DNA of 36,821 bases. Origin: an uncultured Bacteroidales bacterium (GTDB taxonomy: Bacteria; Bacteroidota; Bacteroidia; Bacteroidales; VadinHA17). Below are positions 21,004 through 30,446 of the stretch, one piece after another. The notes beneath the pieces were generated by a model. That model was not told the DNA's origin, ran no database searches, and was given only the letters and a program-made list of their open reading frames with translations. A program made the position numbers and the translations under genes. The stretch's first letter is position 1. Each line of letters opens with the position of its first letter. Where the stretch lies: assembly GCA_963747625.1 (NCBI GenBank), contig CAVVGP010000154.1:1-36821 (forward strand). The letters run 5' to 3'.

Positions 21004-22509
21004 ATGACCGAACTAGAAAAATATTTTGAGCAGTTCAGGCGTAATATTATAGGTATTGACGCTGAGATTATGACACCTTATGGCTCAAAGAAACTTATTT
21101 ATGCTGACTGGATAGCCAGTGGAAGGTTGTACGGACCGATAGAAAAAAGACTCACTGATGACATTGGTCCGCTGGTCGGCAATACTCACTCAGAATCAAC
21201 ATCAACCGGAAAGGCTATGACAGATGCCTATCACCTTGCTCAGAAAATAGTCAAGCGCCATGTCAATGCCAATGATAACGATATTTTGATTTTTACGGGT
21301 GCGGGAATGACCTCTGCTATTGCAAAGCTACAGAGACTTCTCGGCTTAAAGGTTCCGGAGCAGGCCATTAATTTCTGCGCTTATTCTCACGGAAATTATG
21401 AATCATGCAAAGCGATTCCTAATGATAAGCGTCCTGTTGTCTTTTTGACCCATACTGAGCATCATTCCAATCATACATCATGGTTTGAAACATTAGCCGA
21501 GGTGGTTGTTCTGGAACCTTCTCCCGATCTGACAGTAAATCCTGAAGCATTGCGCAGAGAGATTATAAAATATAAAGATCGTCCTCTGCTGATAGGTTCT
21601 TTTTCAGCATGCTCGAATGTAACAGGGTATTTTCCTCCGTATTATGAACTTGCAAAGATAATGCATGAGCATCATGGATACTGTTTTGTAGATTTTGCTG
21701 CATCGGCGCCATATGTTGACATTGATATGCATCCTGCAGAGAAAATCCATCAGCTTGACGCTATATTTTTCTCACCTCATAAGTTCCTGGGAGGACCCGG
21801 GAGTGCAGGCGTTCTTATTTTCAACAAAGAACTGTACAAAAATAATATTCCTGACAGCCCCGGAGGAGGAACTGTAAAATGGACAAACAGATGGGGTGGC
21901 TACAGTTATATAACTGATATTGAAGTAAAAGAAGATGGCGGAACTCCTGGATTCCTACAGGGTATAAAGGCTGCACTGGCAATTACCCTAAAGGAAAAAA
22001 TGGATACTAAAAAGATCCATCTCAGAGAAAGCGAGCTAATAAAATTGACCTTCAGGGAGCTTTCAAAAATAAAGGGACTGCATATACTTGCATCAGGAAT
22101 TACTGAAAGACTGGGTGTTTTTTCCTTTTTTGTCGATAATATACATCATAACCTCTTTACAAGTCTTTTAAACGACCATTTTGGAATACAGGTCAGAGGC
22201 GGATGTTCCTGTGCAGGCACATACGGTCATTTCCTTTTAAATGTTGATATCAAAATGTCAAAAGAGATTACCGATAAAATTGATGCTGGAGATCTTTCAA
22301 TGAAACCCGGCTGGATAAGATTATCTCTTCATCCGACAATGACAGATAATGAATTATTTTATATCTCTGACGCTATAAAGCAAACCGTAGAAAATGCTGA
22401 GAAATGGAAGAAAGACTATTGCTACGACAGACATACTAATGAATTCTCAAACTGTAAATTTTCTGAACAAAACAATTCTGTTTATAAGGAATGGTTCAAA
22501 TTAGCATGA
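21004..22509 (+). CDS. Class V PLP enzyme, cysteine desulfurase/selenocysteine lyase-like
   Basis: YADWIASGR, EHHSN, DFAASAPY, FSPHKFLGG (PLP Lys) and RGGCSCAG. Confidence 0.88.
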   Translation: MTELEKYFEQFRRNIIGIDAEIMTPYGSKKLIYADWIASGRLYGPIEKRLTDDIGPLVGNTHSESTSTGKAMTDAYHLAQKIVKRHVNANDNDILIFTGAGMTSAIAKLQRLLGLKVPEQAINFCAYSHGNYESCKAIPNDKRPVVFLTHTEHHSNHTSWFETLAEVVVLEPSPDLTVNPEALRREIIKYKDRPLLIGSFSACSNVTGYFPPYYELAKIMHEHHGYCFVDFAASAPYVDIDMHPAEKIHQLDAIFFSPHKFLGGPGSAGVLIFNKELYKNNIPDSPGGGTVKWTNRWGGYSYITDIEVKEDGGTPGFLQGIKAALAITLKEKMDTKKIHLRESELIKLTFRELSKIKGLHILASGITERLGVFSFFVDNIHHNLFTSLLNDHFGIQVRGGCSCAGTYGHFLLNVDIKMSKEITDKIDAGDLSMKPGWIRLSLHPTMTDNELFYISDAIKQTVENAEKWKKDYCYDRHTNEFSNCKFSEQNNSVYKEWFKLA

Positions 22510-22752
22510 TTTATCGATCACTATTTTTTGCATAGGAAAATTACCGTTAAGTAGCAATTCTGCAAAAACAAATTCAGTATAATAAGTCATTTACTGCACT
22601 AATGTCTGAATTATTTTCCCTTCATTATCAGTAACTTTCAATACTTACAGCAATTAAATATAGCTTCTTCAGGGACAATGCCTGTTTCAAGTTTATCATC
22701 TCCATCCGGCGCATCTGATAGTTTACAGTTATCATTGGTTTTTGAAATGCAT

Positions 22753-23052
22753 TTATGCATTTTTCATTAAGACATTCATTAACTGATTTTTGCTGACCAC
22801 TCCCGATTGTCTCCATAACGACTTGCCATTTTTAAAAATCATAAGAGTAGGAACACTTTGAATATTAAACCTGCCAGCAATTTCCTGGTTTTGATCCACA
22901 TCAATCTTTATCACTCTTACCCTCTCACCAAGTTCTGCTGCCACTTCTTTCAAAATTGGCGATTGCATTTTACATGGGCTGCACCAAAGTGCATGAAAAT
23001 CAACTATAACCGGTCGGGAATCATTAATAACAGAATCAAAATTGCCTTTCAT
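22753..23052 (-). CDS. trxA: Thioredoxin
   Basis: VDFHALWCSPCK and IQSVPTL. Confidence 0.9.
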   Translation of the reverse strand: MKGNFDSVINDSRPVIVDFHALWCSPCKMQSPILKEVAAELGERVRVIKIDVDQNQEIAGRFNIQSVPTLMIFKNGKSLWRQSGVVSKNQLMNVLMKNA

Positions 23053-23056
23053 TATT

Positions 23057-23554
23057 TTACATTTTATATTTTAAACTTCCGTTAGGACAAGAGGCTACAC
23101 ATTCCAGACATTTAGAAAAGGTGTAACTGGTCCCTGGTTTTACCATTGAGTTTTTGTACAGACTATATTTATTTGGCTCCATGGATACTATATAGCACTT
23201 TTTGTCACATATTCCACAGTTCTTGCAACTCTCAGGGTTAAATTCAATTTTAAATAATGAGTACCGGTTTAACCAGCCGGAAATCCAGGCTATCGGGCAA
23301 CCTACCTTATGATACTGGTACATCTGCCGGAATTTGCCATCCGCACTCATGCCCATAATTAATTCCATAATAAGTCCCATCGGGCAAATCCAGCGGCAGA
23401 ATACTTTACCAAAAACAACACCTAGAATAATACCGGCAATTAAAATATACTACAGTGAAATATGAAAATGTGAGATTGCAAGATAAAGTCCGGTTCCCGA
23501 TACTGAAAGTATAATAATCCTTTTACTTACAACCGCTTTTAATATCTTTTTCAT
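23057..23554 (-). pseudogene. NapH/RdxA-like membrane 4Fe-4S protein with an in-frame TAG
   Basis: ATG 23554 reads MKKILKAVV...HISL-TAG(23452-23450)-YILIAGIILGVVFGKVFCRWICPMG in one frame; later GCPIAW and CKNCGICDKKC; FSKCLECVASCP lacks its first Cys. Confidence 0.65.
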
Positions 23555-23567
23555 AATTTAGAATCAA

Positions 23568-24076
23568 TAGTGTCCATTTAAATATAATTGATTTTCAGCT
23601 GTATACAATTTAGTTCTTTGACATCTTGGTAATCTTGGTTTGTAAGTAGCTCTTTTAGAGTTGATTTATCAAGAATTAATACGCACAGAATCAGTAATAT
23701 TTGAATTTCTTATTACATTCGGGAGTTCCCGAGTCCCGCATCAGCGGGACTCGGGATGACATATTTATTTTTGGTTATGGGGGAGAGAGGCGGCGATTGG
23801 CTGTCGCGCATCGCCGCCTCTCTCCTCTTCATCAAACACCAAAACACCTGTCATTTCGAGCAAAGCGAGAAATCTCCAATAAATTCTTTGAAACATTTTT
23901 TATTACACAAGACAAAGCTTACTGTGAGTAAACCTGTTATCCTTGATCAAGGTTTTCGCCTTCCTTTAAATGCTAAAAACCATATCGTCAATTCAAATCG
24001 TCACGCTATCAAAAAATGCTACAACCTGGATTAATCAAGATTTCAAAGAACGATATTTAATTTTTAGTGGACACTA
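23568..24076. mobile_element. MITE-like non-autonomous element with terminal inverted repeats and a possible TA target duplication
   Basis: Left end TAGTGTCCA and right end TGGACACTA are exact reverse complements (13/15 when extended). Subterminal imperfect IR: gttctttgacatcttggtaatc vs gattaatcaagatttcaaagaac. No transposase ORF. Confidence 0.65.
23727..23876. repeat. GC-rich hairpin cluster (REP-like)
   Basis: Perfect 13-bp stem 23727-23739/23744-23756; perfect 16-bp stem 23782-23797/23810-23825; TGTCATTTCGAGCAAAGCGAGAAATCTC at 23849-23876. Confidence 0.85.
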
Positions 24077-24130
24077 ATGATAAAGAAGAGTAAATGAATG
24101 TATTTTGCTGGTGTTATTTAATATAAGGTC

Positions 24131-25298
24131 CTATAATCCTGGCAATCTTGGGATTTTCCCCAACTTTGTAAACTTTGAATATATCCCCCACCCTTTTTTG
24201 AGCCAATGACCTATTATCGGCAAAGGAATTATAATTGATCTTTTACTGTTGCGATAAATAAAAGCGGCACCATCGCCAGTATCCATTACACATAGTATAT
24301 TCAAATGTTCCTGATAAGTCTTTCTTTTATCGCTGCCTTTTTCAATTTCGTATATGTTATAAGCTGCATCTCTTCCCATAAGCTCTGCAATATGGCCTTG
24401 CTTGGCAATCCATTCATCTCCTTCGATTGCAGCAATATCACCAACTGCAAAAACATTGGGGAATCCCGGAACCTGACATGAATTTTCTATTATTATAAAT
24501 CCTGCTTCGGATAATGGCAAGTCTGATTTCCTGAGAACAGCATGGCCAGCTCCTGCTGCAATAAACATTATTAAATCGGAATCAAGTTTTGAATTATCCT
24601 CGAAAATTATAGCATCGGCAACGAAACTCTTTGATCTTTTTACCAAAGTGCTTCCTGATGTTGTACCTTGAAAACATTTTATCAATCATTGCAAGAGCAC
24701 CTTCACCCATTTTAGCTCCCGGTTCCTCCATGGGTGCGAAAAAAGTCAACTCAAAGTTTTCTCTTATTTTTTTTGTTTTCAGGTAATGGTGAATATTAAA
24801 AATCAACTCGAATGCCGGTCCGCCCCTGACAGCTGATTTGTCTTTAGGATTTCCACCAAAACCTACTGTTATCTTTCCACTTTTCTTCTTAACCAGATCA
24901 TCAATCCTTTCACGTATATCAAGTGCCATTTCGGGTTTGGCACATATTGATAATGTATGACCAATACCATTATGCTGCATTTTTTCATATCCGAAGGCAA
25001 CAACCAGAAAATCATAGTCTAATGTATTATTTTCGCATACTACTTTGTTTTCAGCAGCATGAATTTCAGTCACCTTATCAACAATCAGCTTAAATGGATA
25101 TTTATTCTGAATATCGACAAGTCGGATTTTTACATCTTCAAACTCCTTAATATGAACAGGAATCCATATAGATATTGGAAATAAATACAGAAAATCACGG
25201 TCAGAAACGAGAGTAACATCAAAAATATTTTTTTTCTGCAATTCAATTGCTGTTTGTATTCCGGCAAATCCTCCGCCGAGAATTAAGACTTTCTTCAT
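24131..25298 (-). CDS. sqr: Sulfide:quinone oxidoreductase, type VI (SqrF)-like, one frameshift near 24620-24680
   Basis: GGGFAG, LSICAK, GFGGNPKDKSAVRGGPAFE, SCQVPG..VGD, WIAKQGHIAE, LCVMD and amphipathic C-terminal HWLKKGWGIY. This is the motif set recalled for SqrF proteins. Confidence 0.78.
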
Positions 25299-25326
25299 AT
25301 GGCAATAACTCAGTGTGGATGGAATA

Positions 25327-26291
25327 CTAAATAGAAAGTGATTGTTTTTGTTTTATTTTCAATTCATTCAGGTAATTTGATGAAGCAAGTGCTGCCACTG
25401 TTCCATCACCTATAGCAGTTGTAACCTGTCGATATCTTTTTGCAACGCAATCTCCTGCAGCATATACTCCTTCAATATTTGTCGCCATATCTTCTTTTAC
25501 CAAAATCTCACCCCACTCATTCATATTAACTTTCCCTCTTAAAAATTCAGTATTTGGCAGGTAACCAATAAAAATAAATGCTCCATCGGTGCTGAAACTT
25601 TGAATTGCACCGGTTTCTCATATTTTTTATAATAACACTTTCAAGATTTTCATTACCATGAAAACCTGCAATTACCGATTCCATCCTGAAACTAATCTTC
25701 GGATTATTTTTTGCTTCAGCAACCGCATGTTCAAACGCCTGAAAATGATCAAACTGATGTATTATTGTCACTTTACTGGCATATTTTGTCAATGAGACTG
25801 ACTCCTCCAAAGCTGAATTACCTCCGCCTACAACTACAATTTCTTTATCAGTAAAGAAATCGCCATCGCAGGTTGCGCAGTAGGAAATTCCTTTCCCTTT
25901 GAAAATACTTTCACCAGGCACGCCTAACGTACGGGGCCTTCCCCCGGGGAGTGAGATTATGCTGCCAGAAGTATATTTGTTTCCATCCGAAAGAACTATA
26001 CTTTTTACTCTCGCTTTCGAGATCGCAGTTTAAGAATTGAAGTATTCGATTTAATTTGACATCCGAAAGCTTTAGCCTGCTTTTTCATGATGCCGACCAG
26101 CTGGTAGCCGCTTATGCTCTCCACCCCGGGATAGTTTGCAATCTCGTGGGTAAGAATCATCTGACCGCCAACTGTGCCTTCATCAACGATTAAGTGTTTT
26201 TAACCTGGCTCGCGACAGGTAAATTCCTGCTGTAAGTCCCGCAGGTCCTGCCCCAACAACAATTGCATCCCAATGCTTTATCTATGTTCAT
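25327..26291 (-). CDS. trxB: Thioredoxin-disulfide reductase, frameshifted
   Basis: [38 protein letters not shown] and [14 protein letters not shown]. Confidence 0.9.
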
Positions 26292-26295
26292 ATTT

Positions 26296-26652
26296 TCAGG
26301 CTTTTACGGTAGCAGAAAACTCTTTGTCAAGAATTGATTTTACCTGTGCTTTAGTTTGAATACTTGAAGTGGCCTTGACGACTTTACCATCTTTATAATA
26401 GATTGTAAATGGAATTCCCATAAAACCACTGACTTCAGGTAGTGAACGAATTACATGTGACTCCGGATTATCAAATTCCATATCGAAGAATTTTACATGT
26501 TTATATTCATCTTCCAGGTCTTCAGCAATGCCATAAACGGGAATACACATTGGTCCCATCCGACCACAGATTACCATTACATTTTCATTTTCACTGATCG
26601 CTTTTTTATGATCAGCAGCAGATTCAAGGTGTTTTAAGTTTGTGTACAACAT
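26296..26652 (-). CDS. Thioredoxin-fold protein with a CX6C (CGRMGPMC) motif
   Basis: VMVICGRMGPMCIPVY; cis-Pro-like GIPFT; YKDGKVV; directly upstream of trxB. Confidence 0.8.
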   Translation of the reverse strand: MLYTNLKHLESAADHKKAISENENVMVICGRMGPMCIPVYGIAEDLEDEYKHVKFFDMEFDNPESHVIRSLPEVSGFMGIPFTIYYKDGKVVKATSSIQTKAQVKSILDKEFSATVKA

Positions 26653-26963
26653 GATTTTTAAATTTTAAATTAACAGCACAAAAATACTTTGTAATTACTC
26701 CCTGATAAAGTAAATGAGACTTCGTTGAGACAATTTACAGGTTGATTCAGAACAACTTTTTCATTGACTTAAGTGAATTCCATAAAATATACCAGTCATC
26801 TCTATCATCATATTGTTGAATTGTTGAATAAAACAAACTACAAACCTGGAAACTGAACATAAAAAAAGTTGAGATATATCAGTTTAAAAATTGGAATCAG
26901 TAAGTTTGATATAGATAATGATGATTTGCTTTTGCATAGCTTTGTGAAAAAAATCTGGTAAGC

Positions 26964-27389
26964 ATGGCAAAAAAAGAGACTGTTACTACAAAATGGCTGA
27001 ATAACATGGCATTTGAATCAGAAGTAAACGGCCATAAGATAATACTTGATTCAGAAAATGCAGTTGGAGGAGAAAATCGCGGACCCAGGCCTAAAATTCT
27101 TATGCTGACAGCATTAGGCGGATGTACGGGGATGGATGTAATATCAATCCTTAAAAAGATGCGTGTTGAGGTTGAAAAATTCAATGTAACGGTTGAAGGG
27201 GACATGACTGAAGAATTCCCCAGGCATTATTCTAAAATGCACGTTATCTACGAATTTACGGGAAAGGATCTGCCAATGGATAAACTGCAAAAAGCTGTCA
27301 CTCTATCAGAAGAAAGGTATTGTGGAGTTAGTGCTGTCTATAAAAAAGCAATTGAAATGACATCCGAAATAAAAATAATTGAAAGTTAA
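26964..27389 (+). CDS. OsmC/YhfA family protein
   Basis: GPRPK..ALGGCTGMDV and ERYCGV. Confidence 0.9.
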   Translation: MAKKETVTTKWLNNMAFESEVNGHKIILDSENAVGGENRGPRPKILMLTALGGCTGMDVISILKKMRVEVEKFNVTVEGDMTEEFPRHYSKMHVIYEFTGKDLPMDKLQKAVTLSEERYCGVSAVYKKAIEMTSEIKIIES

Positions 27390-27394
27390 ATATT

Positions 27395-27859
27395 ATGGAG
27401 AACACCGGTTTCAGTACATTGTATAACGATAATGACAAGAAAATACTAAAGCTTGCTGAAGATTCACTAAACCCTCATACCGACAGAATAAATGAGATTA
27501 TAAATTATGCAAAAGAGGCTGAAATAAATATAATAGGTATAGCAAATTGTATATCATTTAATAAAGAAGCTGCTCAATTGGAGGAGATTCTTGCAGAAAA
27601 AGGGTTTCAGGTTGAAAAAGTCAACTGCAAATATGGAAAAGTGCCATTTAATGATCTGGTACCAGGTTATAGAGGAGTAACCTGTAATCCTGCCGGTCAG
27701 GCAAAATATCTTGAAGAAAAAGGAACAGGTCTTAATATTATGATGGGACTTTGTCTTGGTCACGATATGATTTTCAATTCCAAATCAAAAGCTCCCGTTA
27801 CGCCATTAGTTGTCAAAGACAGGAAATTGAACCATAATACACTTGATGCTTTAAGATAA
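27395..27859 (+). CDS. DUF1847 metal-binding protein
   Basis: IGIANC, NCKYG, CNPAGQA, GLCLGHD and VVKDR. Confidence 0.85.
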   Translation: MENTGFSTLYNDNDKKILKLAEDSLNPHTDRINEIINYAKEAEINIIGIANCISFNKEAAQLEEILAEKGFQVEKVNCKYGKVPFNDLVPGYRGVTCNPAGQAKYLEEKGTGLNIMMGLCLGHDMIFNSKSKAPVTPLVVKDRKLNHNTLDALR

Positions 27860-27866
27860 AGTCCGG

Positions 27867-28547
27867 TTAGCCGTTAGCACTGATAAGCAACAACGATTTC
27901 TTTTTAAGGATTTCAATCTTTTTACCGGAAGTCTGATGATACCGTCATTTTCAAATTCAGTCAATACCCGACTAATGCTTTCCCTGCTTGAATCAACCAG
28001 ATTACCTAAATCTTCCTGGGTCAGAGGGAATTTTAAATAGTCGGAGTTATAAATTCTTTCAGACAACTCAATCAAAACATCTGCAATTTTTCCTCTCATT
28101 TGTTTTTGTGTCCGATTTGCACACCTGTTAAACACTTCAAGTTCATTCCTGCATAATTCCAGCATAATTTCATAAGAGAAATCATGATTTGCTTTAAGCA
28201 ATATCGAAATGCATTGATATCAATAAAACAGACCTCCGCAGGCCTCAATAACCGTCACGGAGTATTGATTTATTTTATCTCCAAAAGTTGTTGGTAATGC
28301 CAAGATAAGATGGGAGCCTTTACGATACGTACAATTTGCTCATGATAAGGGCCTGCAATATGTACCTTGGCCAGTCCGCTTCTCAGATAAGCCACATTGG
28401 TGGAAAATGTTCCCTGTCTTATTAAAGAGTCTCCTTTTCGAAATTTCACCAAAGCACAATTGAATGAGAGTCTTCTCTATCTCATCGGCACTTAATTTAA
28501 GAGCAGCTTCTGGATTTAATTGCACATAATTTACAATTGTTTTTCAT
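27867..28547 (-). CDS. Crp/Fnr family transcriptional regulator, frameshifted
   Basis: Start MKNNCKLC; cNMP-fold FRKGDSLIRQG..YLRSGLAKV; HTH LTQEDLGNLVDSSRESISRVL. Confidence 0.88.
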
Positions 28548-28566
28548 AGTGCAAATATAATAAAAA

Positions 28567-28584
28567 TGTGAGCTATGAATCACA
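28567..28584. promoter_or_regulatory. CRP-like inverted repeat TGTGA-N8-TCACA
   Basis: tgtga gctatgaa tcaca in the divergent crp/dsrE intergenic region. Confidence 0.4.
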
Positions 28585-28676
28585 AAATAGTTTAAGCAGC
28601 TTCACAACTGCTTTAGCGAATCTGGTACAAGTATTGCGTTTCTTTGTGAATTAATTAACAATAAAAATTTATCACT

Positions 28677-29107
28677 ATGGAACCAAAAAAAATGTGCTTA
28701 GGTCTATTTTCAGGAAGCGTTGATAAACTGACTGCTGCAGGTATTATCCTCAGTGGTGCAGTAGCGACTTGATATGAAAGTTGATATATATGTTTTATTA
28801 CAGGGCGCCACGTGCTTTCAGGAAAGATGTCGGTGATAATCCCGATAAACTTCAGATGGCTGAGAATCCTGCATTGAAAGAAGAATTTTTACAGTCATTG
28901 AAAAACCTTAAAGTTAAAACATGGGTTGAATTCTTTAAAGAAGCTAAGGAAATATATCTGATGTCAAAATTCACATCTGTGGCCTTGCAGGAAAATATGG
29001 GGAGCTGAAAAACTGGAAGACTTTATCGATATCGCCGATGATATATGTGGTATCAGCGCATATATAACTGCGGCAGAGGAAGCCGATGTCAATCTGTTCA
29101 TTTATAA
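28677..29107 (+). CDS. DsrE/DsrF/DrsH-like sulfur relay protein, frameshifted
   Basis: Reconstructed MEPKKMCLGLFSGSVDKLTAAGIILSGA...DMKVDIYVLLQGA...WVEFFKEAKE..VKIHICGLA...DDICGISAYITAAEEADVNLFI. The 3' end is approximate. Confidence 0.75.
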
Positions 29108-29145
29108 TATGAAATATAATTCCGTGAAGTGATCTTTTTAAAATA

Positions 29146-29734
29146 ATGACATTTTAGTTAGATATTTAAAAAGAAGAAGAAATAAGTTACAGCTAAATGA
29201 AATTCAGGTAAACAGGTTAAGCCTTAAAGGGAAAGATCACCTACTTGAAAATTCAAGAAAAGATCAATTCTCAATAGCAATAGTATCAGGCGACATGGAT
29301 AAAGTACTGGCGGCAATGGTAATTTCACTGGCAGCTGCTGCCATGGACACTCAGGGTAAAACTGTTTTTCTCATTCTGGTCTCTATCGGCTCTCAGAGAT
29401 AAAAAAAAGAAACAAAGGAAAAAACTTTATATCTAAAATGTTCGGAATGATGTTGCCACATGGTAAAAGACAATTTGAAATTATCAAAGATGAACATGAT
29501 AGGCATGGGTCCATTAATGATTAAATATTTAATGAAAAACAAGGGGTCATATCTCTTGAGAGATGTTCAGACAGGCGGCAGAATTAGGCATTGAAATTAC
29601 AGTTTGTGAGATGTCGATGAACCTTATGGGTTTCAGGAAAGAAGAGATGATCGATTATCCGAATTTAAGGTATGCAGGAGCAGCAACTTTTGTTGCTGAT
29701 GCGGGTGAAAGCAGCGATACAATTGTTTATTTAG
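29146..29734 (+). CDS. DsrE2/DrsH-like protein, heavily frameshifted; start uncertain
   Basis: FSIAIVSGDMDKVLAAMVISLAAAAM..LFFSFW..SKMFGMMLP..LSKMNMIGMG..ITVCEMSMNLMG..AGAATF. Confidence 0.78.
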
Positions 29735-29775
29735 ATATTTATTTCAAACAAAATTTACATATTTAAATTTTAAAA

Positions 29776-30027
29776 ATGACACAAGAAGAATTAATAAGCC
29801 TACAGGTCACAAAAGCAGTCGATGCAAGAGGTACTGCATGTCCGGGTCCGTTACTTGAAGCTAAAAAAGCAATTGGTACAATTAAATCGGGCGATATTAT
29901 GGAAGTTTTGTCTGCCGATGAAGGAACTAAAGTTGATATTCCAAAATGGTGTGCAAAACAAGGTCATGAATATCTTGGCACAATTGAGGGTAGCGGCTAT
30001 TTCAGAATTTTCATGAAGAAACATTAA
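29776..30027 (+). CDS. tusA: TusA family sulfur carrier
   Basis: DARGTACPGPLL (CPxP) and DIPKWC..GHE. Confidence 0.92.
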   Translation: MTQEELISLQVTKAVDARGTACPGPLLEAKKAIGTIKSGDIMEVLSADEGTKVDIPKWCAKQGHEYLGTIEGSGYFRIFMKKH

Positions 30028-30036
30028 ATGTAGAAT

Positions 30037-30444
30037 ATGGCTGATATCGGCAAAAAAACCGCCAAGATCCTGGTATTCTCTACTGAAAAAATTTCTGATC
30101 CGGCTATTGATATGGCAGGATTACTTAAATTGCATTACCCTCCTACGGTTTATACAATTTCAATTCCCTGTTCCAGTGGTGTAAAAACAAGATGGATTTT
30201 ACATGCTTTTGAAAAAGGATTTGACGGGGTTTTTATTGCTGCTGATGGAAGTGATTGTCCTTATGGCGAATCATGCACTGAAAAAACCGGAAAGATTATA
30301 AGTCGTACTCAGGAACAGATGAAAAAACTTGATATTGAACCGGCCCGTCTCCGGATGGCTGCAATTTGCTCGGTATGCAGTGAGTCATTTGTAAAACAGA
30401 TGAAAAGCTTTAATGAATATTTACTAAAAAATTCAAACATTTAA
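30037..30444 (+). CDS. mvhD: MvhD/FlpD-like [2Fe-2S] protein
   Basis: IPCSSGV..ILHAFEKGFDGVFIAADGSDCPY..C..RLRMAAICSVC. Confidence 0.8.
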   Translation: MADIGKKTAKILVFSTEKISDPAIDMAGLLKLHYPPTVYTISIPCSSGVKTRWILHAFEKGFDGVFIAADGSDCPYGESCTEKTGKIISRTQEQMKKLDIEPARLRMAAICSVCSESFVKQMKSFNEYLLKNSNI

Positions 30445-30446
30445 TT

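Noticed and set aside
23450-23452. Pyrrolysine or recoded TAG
   Set aside because: No pyl genes seen, other genes here end in TAG (e.g. at 35174), and a TGG>TAG change is the simpler explanation.
23701-24034. ORFs 23701-23931 and 23756-24034 as genes or a transposase
   Set aside because: They run through hairpin repeats and show no recognisable motifs.
28770-28772. In-frame TGA in the first dsrE gene (and similar TGAs, e.g. in purL at 5721-5723) as selenocysteine codons
   Set aside because: Family-like sequence continues in a different frame and the positions are not Cys sites, so these are indel effects. The Gpx and HdrA Cys positions use normal Cys codons.
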